From contig CBDCNQ010000004.1 in the NCBI GenBank assembly GCA_965219445.1, positions 768,001 through 832,000 of the forward strand: a stretch of DNA of 64,000 nucleotides, in the 5' to 3' direction. This document shows, piece after piece, positions 1-10,339 of this stretch (its first letter is position 1; the number at the start of each line of letters is the position of its first letter). The DNA comes from Longimicrobiales bacterium (GTDB lineage Bacteria; Gemmatimonadota; Gemmatimonadetes; Longimicrobiales; Gaopeijiaceae). The notes under the pieces are model-generated. The model had not been told where the DNA came from. It saw nothing but the letters and a program-made list of their open reading frames with translations, and did not search any database. Both the position numbers and the translations under genes were made by a program.

Positions 1-943
1 GAAACCCCTTCCAGATCGTTGGGTTCTTGGAGGGTTGGCGGACGTGTGCGTAGACGCGCAGGACCACGTGTTCATCCTCAATCGCCAAGATGTGCTCGAA
101 GTGAATTTGAACGCCGGATCCCTAGCTCCGTCTATCATTGAGTTTGACCCGGCTGGCAACGTGGTCAACTCCTGGGGCGACCCGGAGCTACTGGACCCGC
201 GCTTGCACGGCTGTCACGTCGACAAAGACAACAACGTGTGGATCGTCAGTGCACCGTCCGGTATGGTGCAGAAATACTCTCATGACGGCGATCTCCTGTT
301 TCAGATCGGAACGAAGGGTGTGTTCGATACCTCGGACGGCACGGCCCGTGGGAGACCTCTGAATTCGGACGCGGCGCGGTTCTTAACGCCCGCGAGCGTC
401 TACACGGATCCAGAAAACGGAGATGTCTACGTGGCCGACGGAGAAGCACGAGGGCGGAACAGACGCATCGCAGTGATGGATCGCGAGGGCCGGTTTCTCC
501 GCCAGTGGCGGCCTGAGGGCATGGAAAACATCCACTGTATGACAGGAGCCAGGGATGGCTTGGTCTACGTGTGCAACCGCTACAACTCCAGGTTTCAAGT
601 ATACGATCAACGTGGGAGGTTCATCAGGAACATCGAAGTGCCGTGGCGACCATACACGCCACCGGCAGATGGTGTAGCGAGGCAGACCGAGGGCTCGGCT
701 GTGTCGCTGGCCCTTTCTCGAGATCCGAACGAGACGCGAATGTATGTCATCAATCAAGACAACGCCCGAGTTGAGATTATCGATAGGCAGACCGGACGGA
801 TTCTGTCGAATTTTGGCGGCGGTATGGGGCATTTTCCGGGTCAGTTTGATCAGCCTCACGGCATCGCCGTGGACTCAGAGGGAAGCGTGTACGTCACCGA
901 AAACCGGGGCAGGAGAATTCAGAGGTTCACTATTGTTCGATGA
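1..943 (+). CDS. NHL-repeat beta-propeller protein (peptidylglycine lyase/PAL-like), 5'-truncated by window edge
   Basis: Frame is open from base 2 (KPLPDRWVLGGL...). NHL blades: LHGCHVDKDNNVWI, PASVYTDPENGDVYVADG, GQFDQPHGIAVDSEGSVYVTE. Confidence 0.85.
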   Translation, partial: KPLPDRWVLGGLADVCVDAQDHVFILNRQDVLEVNLNAGSLAPSIIEFDPAGNVVNSWGDPELLDPRLHGCHVDKDNNVWIVSAPSGMVQKYSHDGDLLFQIGTKGVFDTSDGTARGRPLNSDAARFLTPASVYTDPENGDVYVADGEARGRNRRIAVMDREGRFLRQWRPEGMENIHCMTGARDGLVYVCNRYNSRFQVYDQRGRFIRNIEVPWRPYTPPADGVARQTEGSAVSLALSRDPNETRMYVINQDNARVEIIDRQTGRILSNFGGGMGHFPGQFDQPHGIAVDSEGSVYVTENRGRRIQRFTIVR

Positions 944-962
944 CTGTGAACGGGAGGGTGAG

Positions 963-2185
963 CTACGTGGACATTCCCCGTGCAGCGATCCGCCAGACGG
1001 CCTCGACCCGGTCATTTCGAACCGCGTACATCTGGTCGTAGAGGTTCACCACCGGATCGCAGTGCGACACGATCAGCTCGAGCTTGTCTCCGACCCGGTG
1101 TGTCCTTGAGGGGTCGTCATAGCGGAGCGACCCGAACTCGTCCGAGCCGGACCGATAGGTCATCCCCGTCTCGCCTTTGACAATCGGCCATGGTTGATTG
1201 ATCGTGCACGCCTTGGCGCCTGCATCCGTCGTGACCCCTCCTACGTACTGGTCGTTGAGCACCGTCGTGAGGATGGTCAGAGAAGGCTGAAAGTCTGAAT
1301 ACACGACGGCGTCGGTCGCCCCGCCGATCGCCACATACTGGGCATCCATAAAGACGTAGCTGCCCACCTGGACGTCGGTGAGTCCCCGGGTCTCGTGGTC
1401 GATGTTGTAAGTACCGGTGCCGCCGCCACTGAAGATTTCCGTGTTCAGACCCGATCGCTGCATCAGGGCGTAGGTGTCGGTGGCTGGAACGAGTCGTTCG
1501 AGGGTCTGCGTCCTGCGGGCCTCGAACCCCTTCACATGTTGCGACCCTCCGTCGTAGCACAGCATCCCTCGCAGCCGGAGCCCGGGTAGCTGGTCAACCA
1601 GCCGGGCCAATTCGAGGGCCGGCTCCCCCGCGGTGATGCCGGTACGATGCCCCCCGAGTCGATATCGACCACGACATCGGCCACGATACCGGCGGCCTGC
1701 GCCGCCTCAGACAGATCGCGGGTGTTCCTGGGGGTGTCGGTGGCCTGGATGAACTCGGTGCACCATTTCCTCAGATTCATCGCCTGCGTGATCTTGAACG
1801 GTGTCACGTTGGTCGTCGTCATGAGAATCCGGTCGATGCCGTGCTCGTACATGCTTACCGCCTCGCTCACCTTGGCGGTGCATATGCCGACCGACCCGCT
1901 CTCTAGCTGCAGCCGAGCAATCGCTGGACACTTGTGGGTCTTCGCGTGAGGACGACTGGCGATGCCGTTCCGCGAGACCGTCTGCTGCATCGTGACCAAG
2001 TTGGCCTCGAGTGCATCGAGATCGACGCAGAGAGCCGGTGTGTCGAGCTCCCATTTCGAAATGTCCTGCTCCATCACACCGGCCGAGTCGAAGGAGCGCA
2101 CCTCTGCCGCCGTGTACCCCTTCACCGACGTCGGAACCCAAACGGCCGCCGCACCAGCTCCCTGCAAGAAGTGGCGGCGGGACAT
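963..2185 (-). pseudogene. DSD1/D-threonine aldolase family PLP enzyme (alanine racemase fold) with Tat signal; frameshifted in a G6 run at 1650-1655 (real lesion or sequencing error)
   Basis: N-half: MSRRHFLQ Tat motif, LDTPAL, RPHAKTHK (PLP Lys). C-half in another frame: HRTGITAG, CYDG, SGGGTGTY, QVGSYVFMD, DAGAKA, SDEFG, HCDPVVN. Adding one G restores DIDSGGHRTG. Confidence 0.85.
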
Positions 2186-2269
2186 GAACTCTCTGCTCAC
2201 GGGACCTCTCCACAAAGAAGGAATCGTACGGTTCGTCGGCTTACTCCCTTTCGAATCGAATGGTCTTGG

Positions 2270-3115
2270 CTATCTCCTCGCGAGCCCCTCGGTGAGCTCG
2301 ATGCGGGTCCCCACCGGATCGACGATGACGGCCCGTTTGACGCCGAGCCCTGACCGTTCCTGCAAGGGAACCTCAATCGTCGCGCCCTCACCCTCCAACC
2401 GCGCCAAGAGTCTCTCGAGTCCCTGAACCTCCAATCCGATGCGGTCGATCGCACGCCCATCGTTGGGAACGCGCCCCGTGCGCCCCGTCAGGAAGTCCAG
2501 TTCGGGGCCGGGGAATCCCGGACCACCGGGGAACTCGGCGGAGAAGAACTGCCGTCTCATGGAGGCCGTAGCCCCGAAGGTGTGTGCGTACCAAGCACGC
2601 AAGGCTTCGCCGTTTTCAACGAAGAAGTGAACGTGGTGAAGAGAAATCGGCATTCCGAGTTCGGGGGTGCCCGTAAACTCGATCTTCACCCCGTCCGGGA
2701 ACTCTACGGTGAGCTGCCTCAGCCGGTCGTTCTCCGATACGATGGCGATGTCCTCGTCGACGACGAGTCCCTTTACCGCGGCCAGATCGGGCACCAGGAA
2801 GCCGACGTGGTCCACGAACGCTCCGGCGGACCCGCCCGTAGGCTCTCCCTCGTTTACAACGAAGAGAAGGCCGGGGACCCCGATCACGTTCCTCAAGCCA
2901 AGGGATGTGGTCCGAGCACCGAACATCTCCCTCCAGAGTCTCTGGTGCTCGGCCGGTTCCCGTACCGTCAGGTGCACAGTCGCGAAAGAAATCCCGCTGT
3001 CGTTGGGTGCCGCGAGTTGAGCGGCAAGCGGCGTGAGGCCGGCCGCCGGCAGAAGGAGCAGCACAAGTGAGCTGAGAATCGCACGGGTTCCATTTTCTCT
3101 GAACGCTTCACGCAT
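2270..3115 (-). CDS. Exported VOC/glyoxalase-family protein (two VOC domains)
   Basis: AGGAGG before ATG 3115; hydrophobic signal peptide; motifs DHVGF, LHHVHF, IDRIG, DPVGTRIEL. Confidence 0.8.
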   Translation of the reverse strand: MREAFRENGTRAILSSLVLLLLPAAGLTPLAAQLAAPNDSGISFATVHLTVREPAEHQRLWREMFGARTTSLGLRNVIGVPGLLFVVNEGEPTGGSAGAFVDHVGFLVPDLAAVKGLVVDEDIAIVSENDRLRQLTVEFPDGVKIEFTGTPELGMPISLHHVHFFVENGEALRAWYAHTFGATASMRRQFFSAEFPGGPGFPGPELDFLTGRTGRVPNDGRAIDRIGLEVQGLERLLARLEGEGATIEVPLQERSGLGVKRAVIVDPVGTRIELTEGLARR

Positions 3116-3242
3116 TCCGACCTCCTGATCTCTACGGTTTCCCAACCGTGAGGAGAGCCCAAGGTGCGTTATCAGAGCGGGAGCGTCCACCCCCGCCCCG
3201 TTGGCCTCTTGGACCTTGGCAAGGTCTCCCTTCGGAACCGCC

Positions 3243-4511
3243 CTATTGTCGCTCCAGCGTCTCCGGCATACGCCAGGCCACTAGCAGGCCGGATAGACCC
3301 GTGAGAAGCGCCACCGTCACGATCGCTTCGCGCATCCCGAACGCATCCGCGAGCGTACCAGCCATCACACCGCCCACGGCATATCCGCTGTCCCGCCACA
3401 GCCGATAGACCCCGATGGCCGAGCCCCGCCAACTCGGGTGCGCGACATCCCCGACGGAGGCGAGGAGAGTGGGGTATACCATCGCCGAGCCGACCCCCAA
3501 CAGCGCAGCCGCTCCAAGCCACCCGGCGAATCCATCCGTCGTTGCGATGGCCCCCAGCGCCACCGCCTGGGTCAACATGCCCGCGGCGATCAACCGCTTG
3601 CGTCCCACGCGGTCGGACCAGGCGCCGGTCCACAACTGGAGAACACCCCAGGTGAAGGGATAGACAAAGCTCAGCAAACCGATGTCGGCCACACCGAGTC
3701 CCGAGGCCGCGAAAAACAACGGGAAGAGCCCCCAGGCAACTCCATCGTTCAGGTTGTTGACCAACCCGGCCTGGCTGGCGCTGGAGAGTGCGGGGTGCTT
3801 CCAGATCGTGAGCGCCAGAAGATCACGAGTGCTTAGCGCCGACTCCTGGTCGGGCCCGATCGGGCCGGCCTCGGTCCGAGCGTGTCCACGGGTTTCTCGC
3901 AGAAGGGCCGCGGACAGCCCCAGCCCAAGCGCGGCAAACGCGATCCCCAGGTAGAACGGCTCAGGCCGGAGCCCGAACGCCTGAGCGACATATCCGGTAG
4001 CCAGCGCCGACAGCGCGACCGCGGAATAACCGGCGAACTCGTTGAGGCCCATCGCCAGGCCCCGTTGCCTGGAGCCCGCGAGATCGATCATCATGATGAC
4101 AGTCATGGACCAGGCGAGTCCTTGATTGACGCCCAGCAAGACGTTCGCGGCAACGATCCAGCCCCACGACGGGGCCCACATGATCATGAACGGCACCGGA
4201 ATTCCCACGAGCCACCCGAGAACCAGGATGGGCTTTCGACCGTAGAGATCTCCCAACCGCCCCGCAAAGAAGTTCGTGGCGGCCTTGACCACCCCGAACG
4301 AAATCAGGAAAGAGAGCGTCGCACCGCGAGACGCCAGCCCGAACTCCTGCTCTGCGAGCAAGGGGAGAACCGTACGTTCCAGTCCTACCATGGCGCCCAC
4401 GAAGGCAACGATGGTCACCAGGAGCGAGGACTGCCCCCAGTTCAGGCCCAGCCCGAGCTCGACCGCACCCGATGGAGGCGCCGGCGATCCACGGGTGGGG
4501 TCGCGCGGCAT
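3243..4511 (-). CDS. MFS transporter
   Basis: About 12 hydrophobic segments; MFS motif A variants GRLGDLYGRK and GAWSDRVGRK. Confidence 0.92.
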   Translation of the reverse strand: MPRDPTRGSPAPPSGAVELGLGLNWGQSSLLVTIVAFVGAMVGLERTVLPLLAEQEFGLASRGATLSFLISFGVVKAATNFFAGRLGDLYGRKPILVLGWLVGIPVPFMIMWAPSWGWIVAANVLLGVNQGLAWSMTVIMMIDLAGSRQRGLAMGLNEFAGYSAVALSALATGYVAQAFGLRPEPFYLGIAFAALGLGLSAALLRETRGHARTEAGPIGPDQESALSTRDLLALTIWKHPALSSASQAGLVNNLNDGVAWGLFPLFFAASGLGVADIGLLSFVYPFTWGVLQLWTGAWSDRVGRKRLIAAGMLTQAVALGAIATTDGFAGWLGAAALLGVGSAMVYPTLLASVGDVAHPSWRGSAIGVYRLWRDSGYAVGGVMAGTLADAFGMREAIVTVALLTGLSGLLVAWRMPETLERQ

Positions 4512-4575
4512 TAAGGGCGAGCGGGATCCCGCCGAGCCTCGCTACGCCCGCCGCGGGAGAGACGGCCAGAACTCG

Positions 4576-5319
4576 TCATACCAGGGCAGGATCGAGCCCG
4601 AGGTTCGTCGCTCGGATTCGCGCAGCACCAGGCGGTGGAGCGGGGATCTCCTCGAGCATGAGCGCGACGAATTCCTCCTCGTTCTCGAGTGCGAACGCCC
4701 GGTTGTGCCGGCGCTCGAAGCCGATCGTCGAGCTGGGGTTCCCGCTGAGCCCACGACCGCACACCGACCCGGAGAACGCTCCGGGGAACACCCCGAGATG
4801 GTCGGGCAGTCTCCGTAGCTTCTCCGCACTTCGGAAGAGTGCCCTGGCCCCCTCTTGCGCCGAGGTCGCCAATTCCGTCCGACCCATGTCACTCACCATG
4901 AGTGTGTGACCCGTCAGCACCAGCCACGGCTCGTCGGCTCTAGCATGGTCGGTCACCACCAAGGAGATGTGCTCCGGCGTATGCCCCGGTGTATGGAGCA
5001 CCTCCACCTCGGTGTTTCCCATGTGCAGGACTTCGCCCTCCTCGACACCCCGGAATGCATAGGTGGCCTCCGTACCAGCGAAGACTACGTATTCGGCTCC
5101 AGCCGCCTCGGCAAGCTCACGGCCGTTCGAGACATGATCGGCGTGCATATGCGTGTCGATCACGTAACGAATTGGCACGTGCCCCTCCTCCGCCTCCTTC
5201 AGATAGCGCCCGATGTCTCCAAGGGGATCGACGACGGCCCCGATTTCCTCCGTCGGACATCCGAAGAGGTAGGACGCGGCGATCACCGGGTCCGTGTCCA
5301 GATATTGGCGAAAAAGCAT
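4576..5319 (-). CDS. MBL-fold metallohydrolase, persulfide dioxygenase/glyoxalase II-like
   Basis: DTHMHADH, HTPGHTPEH, GSVCG, STIGFERRHN; start ATG 5319 (MLFRQY). Confidence 0.88.
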   Translation of the reverse strand: MLFRQYLDTDPVIAASYLFGCPTEEIGAVVDPLGDIGRYLKEAEEGHVPIRYVIDTHMHADHVSNGRELAEAAGAEYVVFAGTEATYAFRGVEEGEVLHMGNTEVEVLHTPGHTPEHISLVVTDHARADEPWLVLTGHTLMVSDMGRTELATSAQEGARALFRSAEKLRRLPDHLGVFPGAFSGSVCGRGLSGNPSSTIGFERRHNRAFALENEEEFVALMLEEIPAPPPGAARIRATNLGLDPALV

Positions 5320-5342
5320 GATTACCCCTTCTAAATCGTTGT

Positions 5343-6026
5343 CTAATCGTTGTTCTTGGGTGCGGAATCGACCGTAATCGGTAGGCCGCGTAGGGTCCAG
5401 TCCGGTATCCCGTCTTCCAGCCTCCGAGCCCGGAAGCCGCCCCTCCGGAGCACCTCGACCGCACGAACCGCGTAGATGCAGTACGGACCGCGGCAATAGG
5501 CTATGATCTCTCCGTCGTCGGGAAGCTCCGAGAAACGTTGCTCGATCTCCTCGTAGGGCATGGAGATCGCCCCAGGGATGTGTCCAGCGGCGTACTCATC
5601 CGGCGGGCGCACGTCGAGCACAATCACCTCTCCTGCACTCAACCTTTCGAGTAGCTCGGCGGAGTGAACGGCCTCGAGAACCTCGGGATCCCGGAAGTAC
5701 TCGTCGATGATCTCTCTCGCTTCGGCGAGTTGCCCCCCCGCGAGAGTCTGCAGGGAACGCACAAACTCATGGACATCCGAGCCGGCGAGCCGGTAAAAGA
5801 CGTGAGCCCCCTCCTTGCGACTGGACACCAGGGCCGCATGCCTGAGCCCCTTCAAGTGAGCACTCGTATTGCCAACCGTGAGGCCAGTCTGACGAGCGAG
5901 TCTCTCCACGGTCTTTTCCCCCTGCGCCAGGAGGTCCAGCAAGAGAAGCCGTGGCCGACTTCCAACCGCCTTTCCGACACGTGCGAAGTGCTCGAAAAGC
6001 TCGAGCTTGGCAGCTCTCAGTTCCAT
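5343..6026 (-). CDS. ArsR/SmtB HTH - rhodanese fusion transcriptional regulator
   Basis: N-terminal ArsR HTH (RLLLLDLLAQGEKTVERLA...NTSAHL); C-terminal rhodanese (LDVRPPDEYAAGHIPGA, YCRGPYC). Confidence 0.92.
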   Translation of the reverse strand: MELRAAKLELFEHFARVGKAVGSRPRLLLLDLLAQGEKTVERLARQTGLTVGNTSAHLKGLRHAALVSSRKEGAHVFYRLAGSDVHEFVRSLQTLAGGQLAEAREIIDEYFRDPEVLEAVHSAELLERLSAGEVIVLDVRPPDEYAAGHIPGAISMPYEEIEQRFSELPDDGEIIAYCRGPYCIYAVRAVEVLRRGGFRARRLEDGIPDWTLRGLPITVDSAPKNND

Positions 6027-6071
6027 GGCTCGTCGGGGCTCAGAAGTGAGTCCATAATCAGGATCTTCAGA

Positions 6072-6106
6072 ATTCTATAGAATATTAGAATACTTCCTCG
6101 AGTCAA
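6072..6106 (-). promoter_or_regulatory. Putative sigma70 promoter and palindromic ArsR operator
   Basis: AT-rich island. TTGACT on minus strand (6106-6101). ATTCTA-N8-TAGAAT at 6072-6091, containing the perfect palindrome ATTCTATAGAAT. Confidence 0.65.
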
Positions 6107-6139
6107 CCCCTGCGAAGGTTCCTAACGATCTACGGGCGT

Positions 6140-7471
6140 CTAGTCGGTGGAGATGGGAAAGCCCCCCACAAGCCATCCGTGTGTGCCCCCGTTGATGCTG
6201 CGGACATCCCGGTACCCGAGGGAGGCCAGAAAGAGCGCGCCGGACAGAGACCGGTTTCCGGTCTGGCAGACCACCAGGATGGGTGCTTCATGATCTTCGG
6301 GAAGATGGGCAACGTAATCGCTCATCTGCTGGAGGGGCATGTTGACCGCCTCGGGAATGTGGCCCCCTCTGAACTCATCGAACTCACGCACGTCCACCAC
6401 GAGGGCGCTTCCATCCTCGGTCATTTCATATGCGGGCTCGACCTCGATGGTGAGCGCCGGCGCACCCCTCGTGTTCTCGATCAGGGTTTCCATCATGCGC
6501 TCATTCGGACTCGTGCCTCCGGCCACCCCCATTCCGGGAAAGTGCCTACCCATCGACGAGGCGTACTTGAAGGCGTTGTCGGGAAAGATCACTACTGCGA
6601 TCACTCCCGGCTCGTCCGGCACCAAGCGAAACGCACCGGCCAACGCCATGGCCGAGCTCGGACCCGCGATGATGCTCTCCTCCAGATTGAGGCGTTGGCA
6701 CAGCGCCCAGGCCTCTTCATCGGCGATCTCGACCAACTCGTCATACTCGTCAGGGCGAAACAGCTCCGTCTGTTGGAGCTGCCGAATGCTCCGCACGCCG
6801 GGAATGTCGTGTCCCTCCGCTGGGTGCACGCCCAGCACCTTGAGCTCCGGGTCTTGTTCCTTGAGGAAGCGCCCCGTGCCCGTGATGGTCCCACACGTGC
6901 CCAGACCGGCCACGAAGTGCGTGACCTTCCCCTCGGTCTGCTTCCAGATCTCCGGTCCCGTAGTCTTGTAGTGCGCCCCCGGGTTCGCCTCGTTCCGGTA
7001 CTGGTCCAGCATGTGAAAATCGGGCCGGTCGGCAAGTTCGTGTGCCTTGGCGATGGCCCCCTCCGGCGCGCCTGGCGCGGGGCACAAGTCGTCGTCCAGT
7101 TCGAGAACATCGGCCCCGAAGAACCGAAGCATGATCCGTTTCTCGAGGGGGATGGCCGAAGACAGGGGAGTAGTCAGCGAGTACCCCTTCGCATTGGAGA
7201 TCATGGCCAGGCCCATCCCAGTGTTTCCGGAGGTGGGCTCGACCAACTTCTGGCCAGGCTCGAGTATACCCCGCTCCTCGGCGTCCCCGATCAGATTCGC
7301 CGCAATCCGATCCTTTACGGCGCCGAACGGGTTGTACCACTCGAGCTTCCCGTAGACACGGGCATGTTCAAACGGAACCACGCGATTGATCCGGACCAGC
7401 GGTGTCGGATTATCCACATTGGAGAGAAGACCCTCCATCGAGTCATAGATTCTCAGTCGATGATCCGACAT
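6140..7471 (-). CDS. PLP-dependent cysteine synthase family protein fused to a C-terminal rhodanese domain
   Basis: TPLVRI, KLEWYNPFGAVKDR, EPTSGNTG, GLGTCGT, GPSSA; C-terminal VDVRE..EF..GHIP..A and VCQTGNRS. Confidence 0.9.
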   Translation of the reverse strand: MSDHRLRIYDSMEGLLSNVDNPTPLVRINRVVPFEHARVYGKLEWYNPFGAVKDRIAANLIGDAEERGILEPGQKLVEPTSGNTGMGLAMISNAKGYSLTTPLSSAIPLEKRIMLRFFGADVLELDDDLCPAPGAPEGAIAKAHELADRPDFHMLDQYRNEANPGAHYKTTGPEIWKQTEGKVTHFVAGLGTCGTITGTGRFLKEQDPELKVLGVHPAEGHDIPGVRSIRQLQQTELFRPDEYDELVEIADEEAWALCQRLNLEESIIAGPSSAMALAGAFRLVPDEPGVIAVVIFPDNAFKYASSMGRHFPGMGVAGGTSPNERMMETLIENTRGAPALTIEVEPAYEMTEDGSALVVDVREFDEFRGGHIPEAVNMPLQQMSDYVAHLPEDHEAPILVVCQTGNRSLSGALFLASLGYRDVRSINGGTHGWLVGGFPISTD

Positions 7472-7558
7472 GCGTCCTCCGTTCTCGATTCTCGCCCCCT
7501 AATTTCATTGATCGACCACGCGAGCGCCACTCTGCCGCCATCGTCGGGGATCGGGGCG

Positions 7559-8665
7559 TCAGGCTCGCCCAGAGACCTCGTGCACGCGATCGACCAGAAA
7601 CGCAACGGCGTCAGGTTCCGTCCTTCGCCCGATCCCATGGCCCAGGTTGAAGACGTGGCCAGGCGCCGCTCCAGCGTCTTCCAGCACTCGGTCGATCTGA
7701 CGGGCGAGTTCCTCCCGCGGTGCGAATAGTGCCGTCGGATCCAGGTTGCCCTGCACGGCGGTCTCGGGTCCCAGGATCCGGCGCGCGTCGGAGAGCGGTA
7801 GCCGCCAGTCGATCCCAACCACATCGGCACCGCACTCCCGTACGGTTTCCAGTAGTGTCGCCCCCTGGTTCGGAAAATAGATGAGGGGCACATCGAGGGA
7901 ACGAAGCGTGTCGATCACACGCCGTACAGCCGGGAAGGCAAACTCCCGGTACTGCTCCGGCCCGAGCAGCCCCGCCCACGAATCGAAGATCATCAGCGCC
8001 TTGGCCCCCGCAGCGGCCTGCGCCTCCAGATACCGAACCATCGTGTCGGCCAGCTTTCTGAGGAGCCGGTGGGATGCCTCGGGCTCTGCGAACAGAAAGG
8101 CCTTGGCTTCAGAGAAGGTCTTCGATCCCTCTCCCTGCACCAGATAGCAGAAGAGGGTGAACGGCGCTCCCGCAAAGCCGATGAGAGGGGCCGAGGCCGG
8201 AAGTGCCTCGCTGAGCAAGCGAACGGTCTCCAGCACGAAGGGCACGCCCTCTTCCGGATCGGGGACCCGAAGCGCCTCTACCTGTTCGAGGCTCCGGATG
8301 GGAGTCTCGATGATGGGCCCTGGCGCGAAGTCCAGCGTGACGCCCATCCCTTCCACCGGGGTCATGATGTCACTGAAGAGAATCGCCGCGTCCATCCCGA
8401 AGCGACGGACCGGCTGAAGTGTGACCTCTACCGCCAACTCGGGCGTTTTCGTGAGCGTGAGGAAGTCCACCTCTGCCCTGATCTTCCTATACTCCGGCAG
8501 ATAACGTCCGGCCTGACGCATGATCCACACCGGAGTGTACGCGACCGGCTCACACCGACATGCAGCCAGGAACGGGGACGCTTCGGACGAGGCCGACGGG
8601 GACGCTTCGGGCGAGGCCGACGGGTCCCCCTGGGCGGGCCGAGCCTCGCTGGCCTCACCCCTCAC
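7559..8665 (-). CDS. hemE: Uroporphyrinogen decarboxylase
   Basis: PVWIMRQAGRYLPEY, DAAILFSDI, LIGFAGAPFTL, VQGNLDP, FNLGHG. Confidence 0.97.
   Translation of the reverse strand: MRGEASEARPAQGDPSASPEASPSASSEASPFLAACRCEPVAYTPVWIMRQAGRYLPEYRKIRAEVDFLTLTKTPELAVEVTLQPVRRFGMDAAILFSDIMTPVEGMGVTLDFAPGPIIETPIRSLEQVEALRVPDPEEGVPFVLETVRLLSEALPASAPLIGFAGAPFTLFCYLVQGEGSKTFSEAKAFLFAEPEASHRLLRKLADTMVRYLEAQAAAGAKALMIFDSWAGLLGPEQYREFAFPAVRRVIDTLRSLDVPLIYFPNQGATLLETVRECGADVVGIDWRLPLSDARRILGPETAVQGNLDPTALFAPREELARQIDRVLEDAGAAPGHVFNLGHGIGRRTEPDAVAFLVDRVHEVSGRA
8572..8624. repeat. 24-bp tandem duplication in hemE 5' end (SASPEASP/SASSEASP)
   Basis: ACGGGGACGCTTCGGACGAGGCCG followed by ACGGGGACGCTTCGGGCGAGGCCG (1 mismatch), then ACGGG. 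Confidence 0.9.
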
Positions 8666-8667
8666 AC

Positions 8668-9657
8668 TCAGGATGTCCCTCCGAGCACGCGCGCCGCGTC
8701 CTTCGCAAAGTACGTGAGAATGAGGTCGGCCCCCGCCCTTTTGATGGCGATCAGGCTCTCCATCATGACACCCTCTTCATCCACCCAGCCCTTATCGGCG
8801 GCCGCCTTGATCAGCGCGTACTCACCCGAGACCTGGTAGGCAGCGGTGGGCATTCCGAACGTTTCCTTTACGCGGAAAATGACATCGAGACAGGGCCCCG
8901 CGGGCTTGACCATGACCATGTCTGCCCCCTCTTCGATGTCCAACTCCACCTCGCGAAGCGCCTCGTCCGCGTTGGCCGGATCCATCTGGTATCCCTTCCG
9001 GTCGCCGAAGGCCGGAGCCGAGTGGGCGGCCTCGCGGAAGGGGCCGTAGAAGGCTGAAGCATACTTGGCGGCATACGAGACGATGGGCACGTTGCCAAGC
9101 CCCTCATCATCCAAGGCGGTCCGGATCGCCCCCACGCGGCCGTCCATCATATCGCTGGGTGCGACCGCATCGGCGCCCGCCTCGGCGTACGCCAGAGCGG
9201 CCCGGGCCAGGAGCGGAAGACTCGCGTCGCCATCCACCTCTCCATCCTCGGTGAGCAGCCCACAATGCCCGTGATCCGTGTATTCGCACAGGCACACGTC
9301 CGCCCACACCAACAGATCCGGAACGACCTCCTTGATCGCGCGGATCGCCGTCGGCACCAAGCCATCCGGGTCATATCCGGCAGAGCCATCCGCGTCCTTT
9401 TCACCCTCGTCCGGCACACCGAACAGGATCACCGCCGGGATACCGAACGTCTGGGCCGCCCGCGCCTCCTCCACGATCAGATCGACGGACAACTGGTCAA
9501 CGCCGGGCATGCTGGCCACCGGATTCCGTACGCCCTCCCCCCCGACGACGAATAGCGGATAGACCAAGTCGTCCACGGAGAGCGACGTCTCACGGACGGC
9601 GCGACGCCACGTCTCACCCCTCCGAAGACGGCGAAGCCGGAGCCTCGGAAAACTCAT
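8668..9657 (-). CDS. hemB: Porphobilinogen synthase (ALA dehydratase)
   Basis: [52 protein letters not shown]. Confidence 0.97.
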   Translation of the reverse strand: MSFPRLRLRRLRRGETWRRAVRETSLSVDDLVYPLFVVGGEGVRNPVASMPGVDQLSVDLIVEEARAAQTFGIPAVILFGVPDEGEKDADGSAGYDPDGLVPTAIRAIKEVVPDLLVWADVCLCEYTDHGHCGLLTEDGEVDGDASLPLLARAALAYAEAGADAVAPSDMMDGRVGAIRTALDDEGLGNVPIVSYAAKYASAFYGPFREAAHSAPAFGDRKGYQMDPANADEALREVELDIEEGADMVMVKPAGPCLDVIFRVKETFGMPTAAYQVSGEYALIKAAADKGWVDEEGVMMESLIAIKRAGADLILTYFAKDAARVLGGTS

Positions 9658-9720
9658 CGGGGGCTGAGCGACCCGATCGCGCTCATGTCGATCACCTTGA
9701 TGAACGCCGCGCGAAGGTAG

Positions 9721-10221
9721 TCATGCCCCCTTCCAGCCGTCGCTGGGGACATCGACGCGGTCGCCGCCCTCGGACTGCGCCTCCAAAAGAGTTTCCTTGA
9801 GCGCCATCAACATGTCACGTGCGGTCCCCTCGCCTTCCCCCCTGTGACTGGCCACGGCAGCAGTCACGGTCGTCTCCGTGCGCTTCTTGAAATCCGCGAG
9901 CGCATCCTGCATGCGATCCGTGAAAACCAGTCCTCCCTGGAGGTTACACAGGGGAAGCAGGCAAACGAACATGTCTTCACCGAAGCGGGCGATGACATCG
10001 CTGCTCCGCGTCACGCCTCTGAGCGTGGATCCCAAATCAGTCACGACCTGGTCCGGCTTCGGGTGGTCCACGGCCCAGGTCCCATCGTCGATTCGGAACA
10101 AGACCAGGGTCAAGGTCACGCCCCGGTGGGCGATTGGAAAAATGAAATCCAACACGATCTCGAAATGCCATTCACTGGAGAGGCCGGTCGCCGGATCTAC
10201 GAGCCGATCAACGTCTTGCAC
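9721..10221 (-). CDS. Stand-alone degenerate GGDEF-domain protein
   Basis: AGGAGA before GTG 10221; DPATGL, RSSDVIARFGEDMF, EAQSEGGDRV. The GG(D/E)EF motif is replaced. Confidence 0.75.
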   Translation of the reverse strand: MQDVDRLVDPATGLSSEWHFEIVLDFIFPIAHRGVTLTLVLFRIDDGTWAVDHPKPDQVVTDLGSTLRGVTRSSDVIARFGEDMFVCLLPLCNLQGGLVFTDRMQDALADFKKRTETTVTAAVASHRGEGEGTARDMLMALKETLLEAQSEGGDRVDVPSDGWKGA

Positions 10222-10339
10222 GAATGTCTCCTGTTCATGGTGCGCGTCTTCCGAAGGGGCACAACATGCTCTCTTTGCGGTGTTGGGGACAACCGTAGAG
10301 TGAGCCGAACCCGCGACGCAGGTAGAACACCTAGCAAAC

